A DNA stretch of 64,000 bases from an uncultured Gemmatimonadaceae bacterium (GTDB lineage: Bacteria > Gemmatimonadota > Gemmatimonadetes > Gemmatimonadales > GWC2-71-9): assembly GCA_964638035.1 (NCBI GenBank), contig CAZWXD010000006.1, positions 274 to 64,273 of the forward strand, in the 5' to 3' direction. Below are positions 18,890-27,597 of this stretch, in pieces; within the stretch, counting starts at the first letter, position 1, and each line of letters starts with the position of its first letter. The notes under the pieces are model-generated. The model worked only from the letters and a program-made list of their open reading frames with translations. It did not search any database and was not told where the DNA came from. The translations under genes were made by a program, and so were the position numbers.

Positions 18890-20380
18890 ATGCGCCGCCG
18901 CGGTCTCCTCTTTCCCACGGTACTGGCGGTCCTTGCCGGATGCTCGAACGGTGGGGGCGGCGGGTTCCCGGGCGATGAGGCCCTGAGTGCAGTTGGGGGA
19001 AATGGGCAGCGTGCTCCCACCGGGACTACGCTGCCCGTTCCGTTCACGGTTCGGCTGGTCGATGATGACGGGGCGCCCGTCGCCGGCGCCGAAGTGCATT
19101 GGGAAGTCGAGTCAGGTGGCGGCACCCTGGCGGCCGCCGCCGCGGAGACGGGAGCTGACGGGCGCGCCACCGCCCTGCTCACCCTGGGCCAGGGTGGCGG
19201 CGATGCCGTGGTGCAGGCGCGCGCCCAGGGCGCATCGGTACGCTTCACCGCCTCGGCGATCACCGGGGGGCCGGGGGTCCCGGTCGCCTCGGTCGCGATC
19301 CCGCCGGACTACGGGATCCACGACACCTTCGTGCGCGACGGCATCGCCTTCGTGTTTGCCTGGCACACGGGGGTCATCATCTATGATGTGGGGAACGGCA
19401 TCCGGGGCGGCAGCCCCAGCCGCCCTGTCGAGGTGTCACGCCTGGTGCCTCCCATCGGGGCCGTCAGCGGCGTGCGGGGGTTCATCCACAACGGGTGGTG
19501 GTTCCATGACCCGGTGAGTGGCGAGCAGCGATACCTCTTTGTGGGGCAGGAGGCACCTGGCGTCATCGGATCCAGCTCGCGTGGCGACATCTACGTGCTC
19601 GATGTCGCCGACCTGGCCCACCCCGTGGTCGTGGCCCAGCTCGGGATCGAGGGCAGTGGCACGCACAACTTCTGGGTTGATGAGCCGGCGCAGGTCCTGT
19701 ACGCGGCACACTACAATGGCGGGGTGATTGCCGTTGACGTCTCGGGAACGCTGAGCGGCGACTTGTCGTCGCGGGTCCTGGGCCAGGTGCTGCCCGGCGG
19801 TGCTGGCACTACCTACGTCTGGGGCGTGCAGGTGGCCAACGGCTCGCTGTACGCGTCCGACATGCTCTCCGGGCTGTGGCAACTGTCGCTCGCGGGCCAG
19901 GGCCTCGGGGTGCTGGGTGGGGGGAACCAGGTTCCCGAACGCTACACCTCCGACCTGTGGGTTCTCGGCACCTTCGCCTACACCGGAACCTGGGGCGGTG
20001 CCGCACGCCGCGACAGCCTGGACGAACTCCATGCGGGCGATGTGCTGAAGATCTGGTCGCTCGATGCGGGCGGCGCACCGGTCCTGATGAATGAGGTAGC
20101 CGTCGCCGGCGTGCAGACGGTGAGCGACGTCGAAGTGAGTGCCGATGGCAGCCTGCTGGTGGCAACGCTGGAGCGGGGGGGCGGGGCAGCGGGCTTTGCC
20201 GCCTACTCGCTGGCCAACCCAGTCGTCCCCAGGCTCGTGGGGGGGGCGGTTGTCGAGTCGGGGCTGCACACCGGAACGCTGGGCTACATCGGTGGCCGGA
20301 CCTTCCTCTTCGCGGCACGGAACCCACCCGATCCTGCGCTGTTGGTGTACGACCTCACGGCACTGCAGGGCCTTCCCTGA
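18890..20380 (+). CDS. Lipoprotein: N-terminal Big-like domain fused to an LVIVD-repeat-like beta-propeller
   Basis: Lipobox VLAVLAGC. Big-like domain is paralogous to the upstream gene ([23 protein letters not shown]...TGADGRATALLTLG). Repeats such as GDIYVLDVADLAHPVVVAQL, GGVIAVDVSG, LKIWSLDAGGAPVLMNEV and LLVYDL. Confidence 0.65.
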   Translation: MRRRGLLFPTVLAVLAGCSNGGGGGFPGDEALSAVGGNGQRAPTGTTLPVPFTVRLVDDDGAPVAGAEVHWEVESGGGTLAAAAAETGADGRATALLTLGQGGGDAVVQARAQGASVRFTASAITGGPGVPVASVAIPPDYGIHDTFVRDGIAFVFAWHTGVIIYDVGNGIRGGSPSRPVEVSRLVPPIGAVSGVRGFIHNGWWFHDPVSGEQRYLFVGQEAPGVIGSSSRGDIYVLDVADLAHPVVVAQLGIEGSGTHNFWVDEPAQVLYAAHYNGGVIAVDVSGTLSGDLSSRVLGQVLPGGAGTTYVWGVQVANGSLYASDMLSGLWQLSLAGQGLGVLGGGNQVPERYTSDLWVLGTFAYTGTWGGAARRDSLDELHAGDVLKIWSLDAGGAPVLMNEVAVAGVQTVSDVEVSADGSLLVATLERGGGAAGFAAYSLANPVVPRLVGGAVVESGLHTGTLGYIGGRTFLFAARNPPDPALLVYDLTALQGLP

Positions 20381-20398
20381 CGTCGGACGACCGCCCTG

Positions 20399-20959
20399 TC
20401 AGAGCCTCGGGAGCGTGACCCCCCGCTGCGCCTGGTACTTCCCCTTCTTGTCGGCGTAACTGGTTTCGCACACGTCGTCGTCATCGGCCTCGAAGAACAG
20501 CACCTGGCAAATACCCTCGTTCGCGTAAATCCTTGCTGGAAGGGGTGTTGTGTTGCTGATTTCAAGCGTCACATGACCCTCCCATTCCGGCTCGAACGGG
20601 GTGACGTTGGTGATGATGCCGCAGCGCGCATAGGTGGACTTGCCGACGCAGATCGTCAGCACGTTCCGTGGAATCCGGAAGTACTCCACCGAGCGTGCGA
20701 GGGCGAAGCTGTTGGGCGGCACGATGCAGATGTCGCCGGAGAACTCCACGAAGCTCTTCTCGTCGAAGTGCTTGGGGTCCACGATCGCCGAGAGGGCGTT
20801 GGTGAAGATCTTGAACTCGGGCGCCACGCGCATGTCGTAGCCGTAGGACGAGACCCCGTAGCTGATGGCGCCGGCGCGCACCTGCCCATCGGTGAAGGGC
20901 TCGATCATGCCGTGTTCACGGGCCATCTTGCGGATCCAGCGGTCGGACTTGATGGACAT
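20399..20959 (-). CDS. dcd: dCTP deaminase
   Basis: [23 protein letters not shown]-terminus, SYGYDMRV, and [22 protein letters not shown] matching the dCTP deaminase/dUTPase fold. ATG at 20959 inside ORF 20399..21112. Confidence 0.93.
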   Translation of the reverse strand: MSIKSDRWIRKMAREHGMIEPFTDGQVRAGAISYGVSSYGYDMRVAPEFKIFTNALSAIVDPKHFDEKSFVEFSGDICIVPPNSFALARSVEYFRIPRNVLTICVGKSTYARCGIITNVTPFEPEWEGHVTLEISNTTPLPARIYANEGICQVLFFEADDDDVCETSYADKKGKYQAQRGVTLPRL

Positions 20960-21093
20960 GCGGGGCCGGGGCGGGAAGTGGGGAAATGGGCGGCCCTTCC
21001 GGCCGCCGTGAGCGCCCCAATATAATCGCGATACCGAACGCCGAGGCCCCCGGATCGGCACGTCGTAGGCTGTTGCCGGTGGCCCACTTCGGG

Positions 21094-21122
21094 TTGAAGT
21101 GCCCATGCGCACGCGTTAGCTT
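21094..21122 (+). promoter_or_regulatory. Candidate sigma70-type promoter of the nuo operon
   Basis: TTGAAG (21094-21099), 17 nt spacer, TAGCTT (21117-21122), ~40 nt upstream of the nuoA ATG. Motif match only. A perfect TATAAT also lies at 21021-21026 without a good -35. Confidence 0.3.
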
Positions 21123-21130
21123 CCCTGTTC

Positions 21131-21148
21131 AAGTGAAAACATTCACGA
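21131..21148. promoter_or_regulatory. Inverted repeat resembling a Rex (redox repressor) operator
   Basis: AAGTGAAaacaTTCACGA compared with the reported Rex consensus TTGTGAAnnnnTTCACAA. The core GTGAA-N4-TTCAC is perfect. It overlaps the predicted nuo transcription start. Confidence 0.3.
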
Positions 21149-21161
21149 GAGCGATGCCCTG

Positions 21162-21527
21162 ATGCTCAGGCCCTGGGTTCCCCTCCTGCTCGTTCTGGCC
21201 TTCGTGGTGGCGAATGCCGTGCTCCTCATGGCACTCTCCCACCTGCTCTCCGTGTTCCGTCCCAACCCAGCGAAGCAGCAGCCCTACGAGTCCGGCATGC
21301 CGGTCATCGGGGATGCCCGCCAGCGGTTCTCGGTCAAGTTCTACCTGGTCGCAATGCTCTTCATCATCTTCGACATCGAGACGGTGTTCCTGGTGCCCTG
21401 GGCCGTGGCCTTCCGGATGCTGGGAGAGTCCGCTGGGGTGCTGCTCGGGGCCATGCTGCTCTTCATCGTGGTCCTGACGGTGGGCTTCGCCTATGAGTGG
21501 AAGCGCGGCGCGCTCCGATGGGATTGA
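21162..21527 (+). CDS. nuoA: NADH-quinone oxidoreductase subunit A
   Basis: PYESGMP...[22 protein letters not shown] motif, three TM helices. Confidence 0.93.
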   Translation: MLRPWVPLLLVLAFVVANAVLLMALSHLLSVFRPNPAKQQPYESGMPVIGDARQRFSVKFYLVAMLFIIFDIETVFLVPWAVAFRMLGESAGVLLGAMLLFIVVLTVGFAYEWKRGALRWD

Positions 21528-21531
21528 CACC

Positions 21532-22149
21532 ATGACCCAACCGACCCCGGGCACCGCGGGAGCGCCGATGGTGTCCGCGGCGTCTCCCAACTGGGTGACG
21601 ACGAGCCTGGACTTCCTGGCCAACTGGGCCCGTACCGGGTCGCTGTGGCCCATGCCGTTCGGCACCGCCTGCTGCGCCATCGAGTTCATGGCGACCGCGG
21701 CCTCGCGCTACGACGTCGCGCGGTTCGGGATGGAGCGGATGAGCTTCTCCCCGCGCCAGGCCGACGTGCTCATCTGTGCGGGCCGGTTGCCGTTCAAGCT
21801 GGCCCCCGTGATCCGCCGCATCTGGGACCAGATGCCCCAGCCGAAGTGGGCCATCTCCATGGGCGCCTGCGCCTCGTCCGGTGGCATCTTCGATAACTAT
21901 GCCATGGTGCAGGGGATCGACACGATCATCCCGGTGGATGTCTACGTGCCCGGGTGCCCCCCGCGGCCGGAGGGACTCCTCTACGGCGTGATGCTGCTCA
22001 TGAAGAAGATCCGGGGCGAGAGCTTCACCGATGACTTCCTGCGGCGTGAGCTCACGGTGGGCCCGAACGGCCTGTACCTCCCCCCGGCCCGCATTGACGA
22101 GCTGTCCGAGCCCTTTGGCAACTCGGTGAGCCAGACGAGGTCCACGTGA
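21532..22149 (+). CDS. nuoB: NADH-quinone oxidoreductase subunit B
   Basis: N2-cluster ligands [14 protein letters not shown] and CPPRPE. ATG 21532 is just after the nuoA stop. Confidence 0.95.
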   Translation: MTQPTPGTAGAPMVSAASPNWVTTSLDFLANWARTGSLWPMPFGTACCAIEFMATAASRYDVARFGMERMSFSPRQADVLICAGRLPFKLAPVIRRIWDQMPQPKWAISMGACASSGGIFDNYAMVQGIDTIIPVDVYVPGCPPRPEGLLYGVMLLMKKIRGESFTDDFLRRELTVGPNGLYLPPARIDELSEPFGNSVSQTRST

Positions 22150-22796
22150 CCGCGGGGCCCGGGGCGGGCACGCTGGACCGGGTCGAGGGCGCCGCCTCGC
22201 TCCTGGCGCTTCGCACCGCGTTCGGCCCTGCCATCGAGCGGGTGTGGCAGTCCTGTGGCGACGACATCGTCCAGGTGGCGCGCGCGCGCGTGCACGACGT
22301 GCTCGAGTGGCTGCGGGACACGCCCGGGCAGGACTATGCCTACCTGGTGGACGTGACGGCGGTGGAGTACCGGGACCTCGAGCGGCCGCTCGAGGTGGCC
22401 TGGCAGCTCCGCTCGCTCACCCGGCGGCACGACCTGCGGGTGAAGGTGGCGCTCGACCGCGACGAGGCGCTCGAGGTGCCGTCGTGCTGGGACCTCTGGC
22501 GCGGGGCCAACTGGCTCGAGCGCGAGGTCTTCGACATGTTCGGCGTCCTCTTCCTCGGGCACCCTGACCTGCGGCGCATCCTGATGTGGGAGACGTACGC
22601 CGAGGGGCACCCGCTGCGGAAGGACTTCCCGCTGCGCGGCCACTTCAGCCGGGCGGAGCAGACCCGGCAGGCACTCGCCGCAGCCCCCGAGGCCCACTAC
22701 TCCCTGGAGGAAATGGCCATCGCGGACGAGTTCCAGAACCTGCCGGCCGACATGCGGGCCCGGTTGCGCAAGGGCAAGCGGGGCTTCGTCGAATGA
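22146..22796 (+). CDS. nuoC: NADH-quinone oxidoreductase subunit C
   Basis: [25 protein letters not shown] motif. GTG overlaps the nuoB stop. Confidence 0.93.
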   Translation: MTAGPGAGTLDRVEGAASLLALRTAFGPAIERVWQSCGDDIVQVARARVHDVLEWLRDTPGQDYAYLVDVTAVEYRDLERPLEVAWQLRSLTRRHDLRVKVALDRDEALEVPSCWDLWRGANWLEREVFDMFGVLFLGHPDLRRILMWETYAEGHPLRKDFPLRGHFSRAEQTRQALAAAPEAHYSLEEMAIADEFQNLPADMRARLRKGKRGFVE

Positions 22797-24097
22797 GCAC
22801 GCGCACGCTCGACGTGGCCCTGGGCACCTCGGGCCTGGACGCACAGGGCCGCCCGATCACCGTCCCCCTCCGCATGCCCCTCGCGGACACCGGCGAGTTC
22901 GAGGTGCCGGGTCACTTCGACGAGGCGTTCGGCGCGGAGCACATGCTGATCAACATCGGGCCGCAGCACCCGGCCACGCACGGCGTGCTCCGGCTGGTGC
23001 TGGAGCTCGAGGGCGAGACGGTGCGCCGGTGCATCCCGCACATCGGGTACCTGCACTCGGGGTTCGAGAAGCTGGGGGAGTACCGGCAGTACAACCAGAT
23101 CGTCCCGCTCACCGACCGCACCGACTACCTCTCGCCCATGGCCAACAACGTGTGCCTGGCGCTGGCGGTCGAGAAGCTGATGGGCCTGGAGGTGACGGAG
23201 CGGTGCCGGGTGCTCCGGGTCATCGCCTGCGAGATGAGCCGCATCATCTCGCACCTGGTCTGGCTGGGGACCACCGGCATCGACCTCGGCGCCTTCACCC
23301 CGTTCCTCTGGGCCTTCCAGGAGCGCGAGCGGATCTACAACCTGCAGGAGGCGTGGACCGGCGCGCGGCTCACCACCAGCCTCACCCGCGTGGGCGGCCT
23401 GATGGCGGACATCCCGGCGGGCTGGGAGGCGGGCCTGGCAGAGTTCTGCCGCACCTTTCCCGCCACGCTCGACGAGGTGGACGTGATGTTCACCAGGAAC
23501 TCGATCTGGTGTGGCCGCACCCAGGGTGTCGGGATGATCAACGCCGAGGACGCCACCAACTTCTCGCTGTCGGGCCCGATGCTCCGGGCGAGTGGCGTGC
23601 CCTTCGATGTGCGCAAGGACAAGCCCTACCTGGGCTACGAGACGTACGACTTCGACGTGCCGGTGGGCGAGCACGGGGACATCTACGATCGCTACCTGGT
23701 CCGGATGGAGGAGATGCGGCAGTCAGTACGGATCCTCCAGCAGGCCCTCGCCCGGCTGCGCCCCGGCCCCATCAACGTGGATGACGCGCGCGTGGTGCTC
23801 CCGCCCAAGTCGCGCGCCATGAGCGACATGGAAGCGATGATCTACCACTTCAAGCAGGTCATGGAAGGCGTGAAGCCGCCGGCGGGCGAGGCCTACATGC
23901 CGATCGAGAACCCCAAGGGCGAGCTGGGATACTATTTCGTGTCGGACGGCACGGCCAAGCCGGTGCGCTGGCGCATCCGGCCCCCGTCGTTCCTGAACCT
24001 GTCGGCGCTCCCCCGCCTCTGCGAGGGCGCCCTCCTTTCCGACGTCATCGCCATCAACGCGAGTGTCGATATCGTGATGGGAGAGATCGACCGATGA
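22793..24097 (+). CDS. nuoD: NADH-quinone oxidoreductase subunit D
   Basis: INIGPQHPATHGVLRL, HIGYLHSGFEKL and C-terminal DIVMGEIDR. ATG overlaps the nuoC stop. Confidence 0.96.
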   Translation: MSTRTLDVALGTSGLDAQGRPITVPLRMPLADTGEFEVPGHFDEAFGAEHMLINIGPQHPATHGVLRLVLELEGETVRRCIPHIGYLHSGFEKLGEYRQYNQIVPLTDRTDYLSPMANNVCLALAVEKLMGLEVTERCRVLRVIACEMSRIISHLVWLGTTGIDLGAFTPFLWAFQERERIYNLQEAWTGARLTTSLTRVGGLMADIPAGWEAGLAEFCRTFPATLDEVDVMFTRNSIWCGRTQGVGMINAEDATNFSLSGPMLRASGVPFDVRKDKPYLGYETYDFDVPVGEHGDIYDRYLVRMEEMRQSVRILQQALARLRPGPINVDDARVVLPPKSRAMSDMEAMIYHFKQVMEGVKPPAGEAYMPIENPKGELGYYFVSDGTAKPVRWRIRPPSFLNLSALPRLCEGALLSDVIAINASVDIVMGEIDR

Positions 24098-24597
24098 GCC
24101 ACGCGGGGGCCGGCGCACTGCACGAGGCCATCTTCACCGGGGACGCCCTGCGCGAGCTGGAGGCGCTCTTCCCGAAGTACCCGACCAGGCAGGGCTGCCT
24201 CCTGCCGGCGCTCTGGATCGTCCAGGAGCGGCGGGGCTGGGTGTCCGAGCCGGCCATGGCCGAGGTGGCGTCGCTGCTCGGGCTCACGCCGGCCTACGTG
24301 AAGGGCGTCGTCACCTTCTACACCATGTACCACCAGCATCCCGTGGGGCGGCACTTCATTCAGGTGTGTACCACCTCCCCCTGCGGCCTCTGCGGGGCCG
24401 ACGACACCCTGCAGGCGATCCTCCGCGAGACCGGGTGCGAGGGCATTGGCGCCACCAGTCCCGATGGCCGGTTCACCGTGGCCGAAGTGGAGTGCCTGGG
24501 CGCCTGCGGGTTCGCGACACCGATCCTGGTGAACGACGACTTCATCGAGGGGGTCACCCCCGAGCGCGTGGCCGGCATCCTGGCCGGATACCGCTGA
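24094..24597 (+). CDS. nuoE: NADH-quinone oxidoreductase subunit E
   Basis: Thioredoxin-like 2Fe-2S ligands CTTSPCGLCG and ECLGACG. Confidence 0.93.
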   Translation: MSHAGAGALHEAIFTGDALRELEALFPKYPTRQGCLLPALWIVQERRGWVSEPAMAEVASLLGLTPAYVKGVVTFYTMYHQHPVGRHFIQVCTTSPCGLCGADDTLQAILRETGCEGIGATSPDGRFTVAEVECLGACGFATPILVNDDFIEGVTPERVAGILAGYR

Positions 24598-24624
24598 TCG
24601 GCGGGCACCCCGCAGACGGCCCGT

Positions 24625-24646
24625 CGTGCCGCCAACGGGCGGCACG
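24625..24646 (+). other. Intra-operon GC hairpin in the nuoE-nuoF spacer
   Basis: CGTGCCGCC-aacg-GGCGGCACG, a perfect 9-bp stem with a 4-nt loop, in the only sizeable gap (81 nt) within nuoA-N. Confidence 0.3.
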
Positions 24647-24678
24647 CGCGGGGACACTGCAGCAGAAACGGAGCATGG

Positions 24679-25986
24679 ATGGGCTTTCCGTACCCGAGTG
24701 ACACGCGCGAGACCGTGGTGCTCTCCCGGTATTTCGGTGACCCCGGGGCGCGCACCTGGGCCGGCTGGGTCGAGCGGGGCGGCTACACGGCGCTCCGCAA
24801 GGCGGTTGCCATGCCCCGCGCCGAGGTCATCGAGCTGGTGAAGCAATCCGGCCTGCGCGGGCGGGGTGGGGCGGGGTTCCCCACCGGGCTCAAGTGGTCG
24901 TTCATGCCGAAGGATGATGGGAAGCCGCACTACCTGGTCTGCAACGCCGACGAGTCCGAGCCGGGGACCTTCAAGGACCGCGAGATCCTCCGGTGGACGC
25001 CGCACGCCCTGATCGAGGGGTGCGCGATCGCGGCTCACGCCATCCAGGCCGAGCGGATCTACCTGTACATCCGGGGTGAGTTCACCGAGCCCTGGCAGGT
25101 GATGACGCGCGCCGTGGACGAGGCCTACCGCGAGGGGGCGCTCGGCGGGAACGTCTTCGGCAGCGGGGTGCGCATCGACCTCGTGCTCCACCGCGGCGCC
25201 GGGGCCTACATCTGCGGCGAAGAGACCGCGATGATGAACTCGATCGAGGGCAAGCGCGGCAATCCCCGCGTGAAGCCGCCCTTCCCGGCGCAGGCCGGCG
25301 TGTTCGGGATGCCCACCACGATCAACAACGTGGAGACGCTCGCGGCCGTCCCGCACATCCTCAACCAGGGCCCGGAGTGGTACAAGGGGCTCTGCCGGTC
25401 CAGCCCGAAGAGCACCGGCACCAAGCTGTTCTCGGTCTGCGGGCACGTGCAGCGACCCGGCAACTACGAGGTCACCATGGGCACCCCCCTGCGCGACCTG
25501 CTCGACATGGCGGGCGGCATGCGGCCCGGGCGAACGCTGAAGGCGGTGATCCCCGGCGGGTCCTCGGTGCCGATCCTCACGGCGGAGGAGGCCATGGACT
25601 GCGCGCTCGACTACGAGGGCATCGTCGAGAAGGGCTCGATGCTGGGCTCGGGCGGCTTCATCGTGATGGACGACACCACCGACATGGTGCGCACCATCTG
25701 GCGGTACACGAAGTTCTATGCCCACGAGTCCTGCGCACAATGCACCCAGTGCCGCGAAGGCACGGCCTGGACGACGCGCGTCCTGGCGCGGATCCTGGAG
25801 GGCCGGGGCAAGGAGGAGGACCTCCAGCTCCTCCTCGACCTGGCGGAGAACATGACGGGGAAGACCATCTGCGTGCTGAGTGACTCCTGCGCGGTGCCCG
25901 TGGTGAGCGGCATCCAGAAGTTCCGCGCCGAGTTCGATGCCTACCTGTCTGGGGCGCGCCAGCCCGCCCTGGTGGCCGCCCTGTGA
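24679..25986 (+). CDS. nuoF: NADH-quinone oxidoreductase subunit F
   Basis: GLRGRGGAGFPTGLKW (FMN/NADH site) and 4Fe-4S motif ESCAQCTQCREG...C. Confidence 0.96.
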   Translation: MGFPYPSDTRETVVLSRYFGDPGARTWAGWVERGGYTALRKAVAMPRAEVIELVKQSGLRGRGGAGFPTGLKWSFMPKDDGKPHYLVCNADESEPGTFKDREILRWTPHALIEGCAIAAHAIQAERIYLYIRGEFTEPWQVMTRAVDEAYREGALGGNVFGSGVRIDLVLHRGAGAYICGEETAMMNSIEGKRGNPRVKPPFPAQAGVFGMPTTINNVETLAAVPHILNQGPEWYKGLCRSSPKSTGTKLFSVCGHVQRPGNYEVTMGTPLRDLLDMAGGMRPGRTLKAVIPGGSSVPILTAEEAMDCALDYEGIVEKGSMLGSGGFIVMDDTTDMVRTIWRYTKFYAHESCAQCTQCREGTAWTTRVLARILEGRGKEEDLQLLLDLAENMTGKTICVLSDSCAVPVVSGIQKFRAEFDAYLSGARQPALVAAL

Positions 25987-26031
25987 GCCCGCGCCGGCGT
26001 GCCGCGCCCCCGCGCACGTGGAGTCGTCGCC

Positions 26032-27597
26032 ATGGCTGACGTCACCGTCACGGTCGATGGCCAGGCGGTCGCCGTGCCCGCCGGCACGACGATCATCGAG
26101 GCCGCGAAGCGCGCGGGGGTGCTCATCCCGCACTACTGCTACCACCCGTCGCTGCCATCGCCCGCGGTGTGCCGCATGTGCCTGGTGGAGGTGGAGAAGG
26201 CCCCCAAGCTCATGCCGGCCTGTGTCACCGCGGTGGCCGATGGCCAGGTGGTGCACGTCAACAGCCCGAAGGCGAAGGATGCCCGGCAGGGCGTGCTGGA
26301 GTACCTGCTGATCAACCACCCGCTCGACTGCCCCGTCTGCGACCAGTCCGGCGAGTGCGAGCTGCAGGACTACGTGTTCCAGGAGGGACGGAGCGCGTCC
26401 CGCTACAACGAGTATCCCAAGCGGTTCAGCCCGGTGGAGGACTTCGGCCCCGACATCCTGTACGTCGCCACCCGGTGCATCCTCTGCACCCGGTGCGTGC
26501 GGTTCATGGCCGACGTGGCCGAGACGCCCGTGCTGAACGTGTCGGAGCGGGGCGACCGGGCATACATCGGCATCGCCGAGGAGCAGCTGCTCGACCACCC
26601 CTGGTCGGGCAACGTGGTGGACCTGTGCCCGGTGGGGTCGCTCCTCTCGAAGGACTTCCTGCACAAGGCACGGGTCTGGGACCTCGACAAGACGGCGAGC
26701 CTCTGTCCCGGCTGCACCCAGGGCTGCAACATCTCGATCGACACGCGCGACGACCAGGTGGTCCGGTTCCGCCCGCGGCCGAACCTCGAGGTGAACCGCC
26801 ACTTCATCTGCGACACCGGGCGCAGCAGCTACCGGTTCCTGAACCGCGGCGACCGGATCGAGTCCCCGATGCACCGGGACGGTGGCGCACTCGTGCCGAC
26901 CGACTGGGACACCGCCCTGGATGCCCTGGCCAACCTGGCAGCACAGCCCGGACCGGTCGTGATCCTCGCCTCGCCCCGGCTCTCGACCGAGTCCCTGGGC
27001 CTGGTGCGCCAGTTGGTGGATGGGCGCGACGTCGTGGCCGCGGTGGACGTCCCGCTGGGCGATGAGGCGCCCCTGGCCGGCATCCCCGGCCTTGCCCTCC
27101 GGCGCGAGCGCGCGCCCAACCTGCGCGGCGCGGAACTGGTGGGGTACGCCGCGGGACTGCAGGCCGCCCGGCAGGCGCTGCCACACGCCGCCCTCGTGCT
27201 GGTGCTCGACGTCGAGCCCGACACCGACATGACGGCGGCCCTGGCCGCGACGCGAGCCCCGGTCGCATGGCTGGGCACGGTGCAGCCCGCCGCAGCACAG
27301 GGGGCCACCCTGGTCCTGCCCATCACCACCTTCGCTGAGGAGACGGGGACCTGGGTCAACTGTGACAACCGGATGCAGCGCTACCTGCAGGCCCGTGGGG
27401 CCCCGGGCATGGCACGTCCCGCCTGGTGGGTGGCCGGCGAGGTGCTCGCGGGTCGCGGGCCCGATGCCGACGCGCCGGCCACCGCCGACGAAGCGCTGGC
27501 GCTGCTCGGAACCTTCCACCCGGTCCTGGCAGGCATCACCTCCCGCAGCCTCGGGTACAGTGGCCAGGTCATTGACGCCGCCGGGGTGACCGCATGA
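26032..27597 (+). CDS. nuoG: NADH-quinone oxidoreductase subunit G (compact ~520 aa form)
   Basis: 2Fe-2[44 protein letters not shown] and CPGCTQGCN motifs. ATG 26032 ([10 protein letters not shown]); GTG 25999 is an alternative start. Confidence 0.9.
   Translation: MADVTVTVDGQAVAVPAGTTIIEAAKRAGVLIPHYCYHPSLPSPAVCRMCLVEVEKAPKLMPACVTAVADGQVVHVNSPKAKDARQGVLEYLLINHPLDCPVCDQSGECELQDYVFQEGRSASRYNEYPKRFSPVEDFGPDILYVATRCILCTRCVRFMADVAETPVLNVSERGDRAYIGIAEEQLLDHPWSGNVVDLCPVGSLLSKDFLHKARVWDLDKTASLCPGCTQGCNISIDTRDDQVVRFRPRPNLEVNRHFICDTGRSSYRFLNRGDRIESPMHRDGGALVPTDWDTALDALANLAAQPGPVVILASPRLSTESLGLVRQLVDGRDVVAAVDVPLGDEAPLAGIPGLALRRERAPNLRGAELVGYAAGLQAARQALPHAALVLVLDVEPDTDMTAALAATRAPVAWLGTVQPAAAQGATLVLPITTFAEETGTWVNCDNRMQRYLQARGAPGMARPAWWVAGEVLAGRGPDADAPATADEALALLGTFHPVLAGITSRSLGYSGQVIDAAGVTA

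Noticed and set aside
23932-27519. 1195-aa ORF on the reverse strand spanning nuoD-nuoG
   Set aside because: It is antisense to four genes with unmistakable complex I motifs. Its translation is an Arg/Gly/Ala/Pro/His-rich low-complexity string with no recognisable domain. Long stop-free antisense frames are expected at this GC content.
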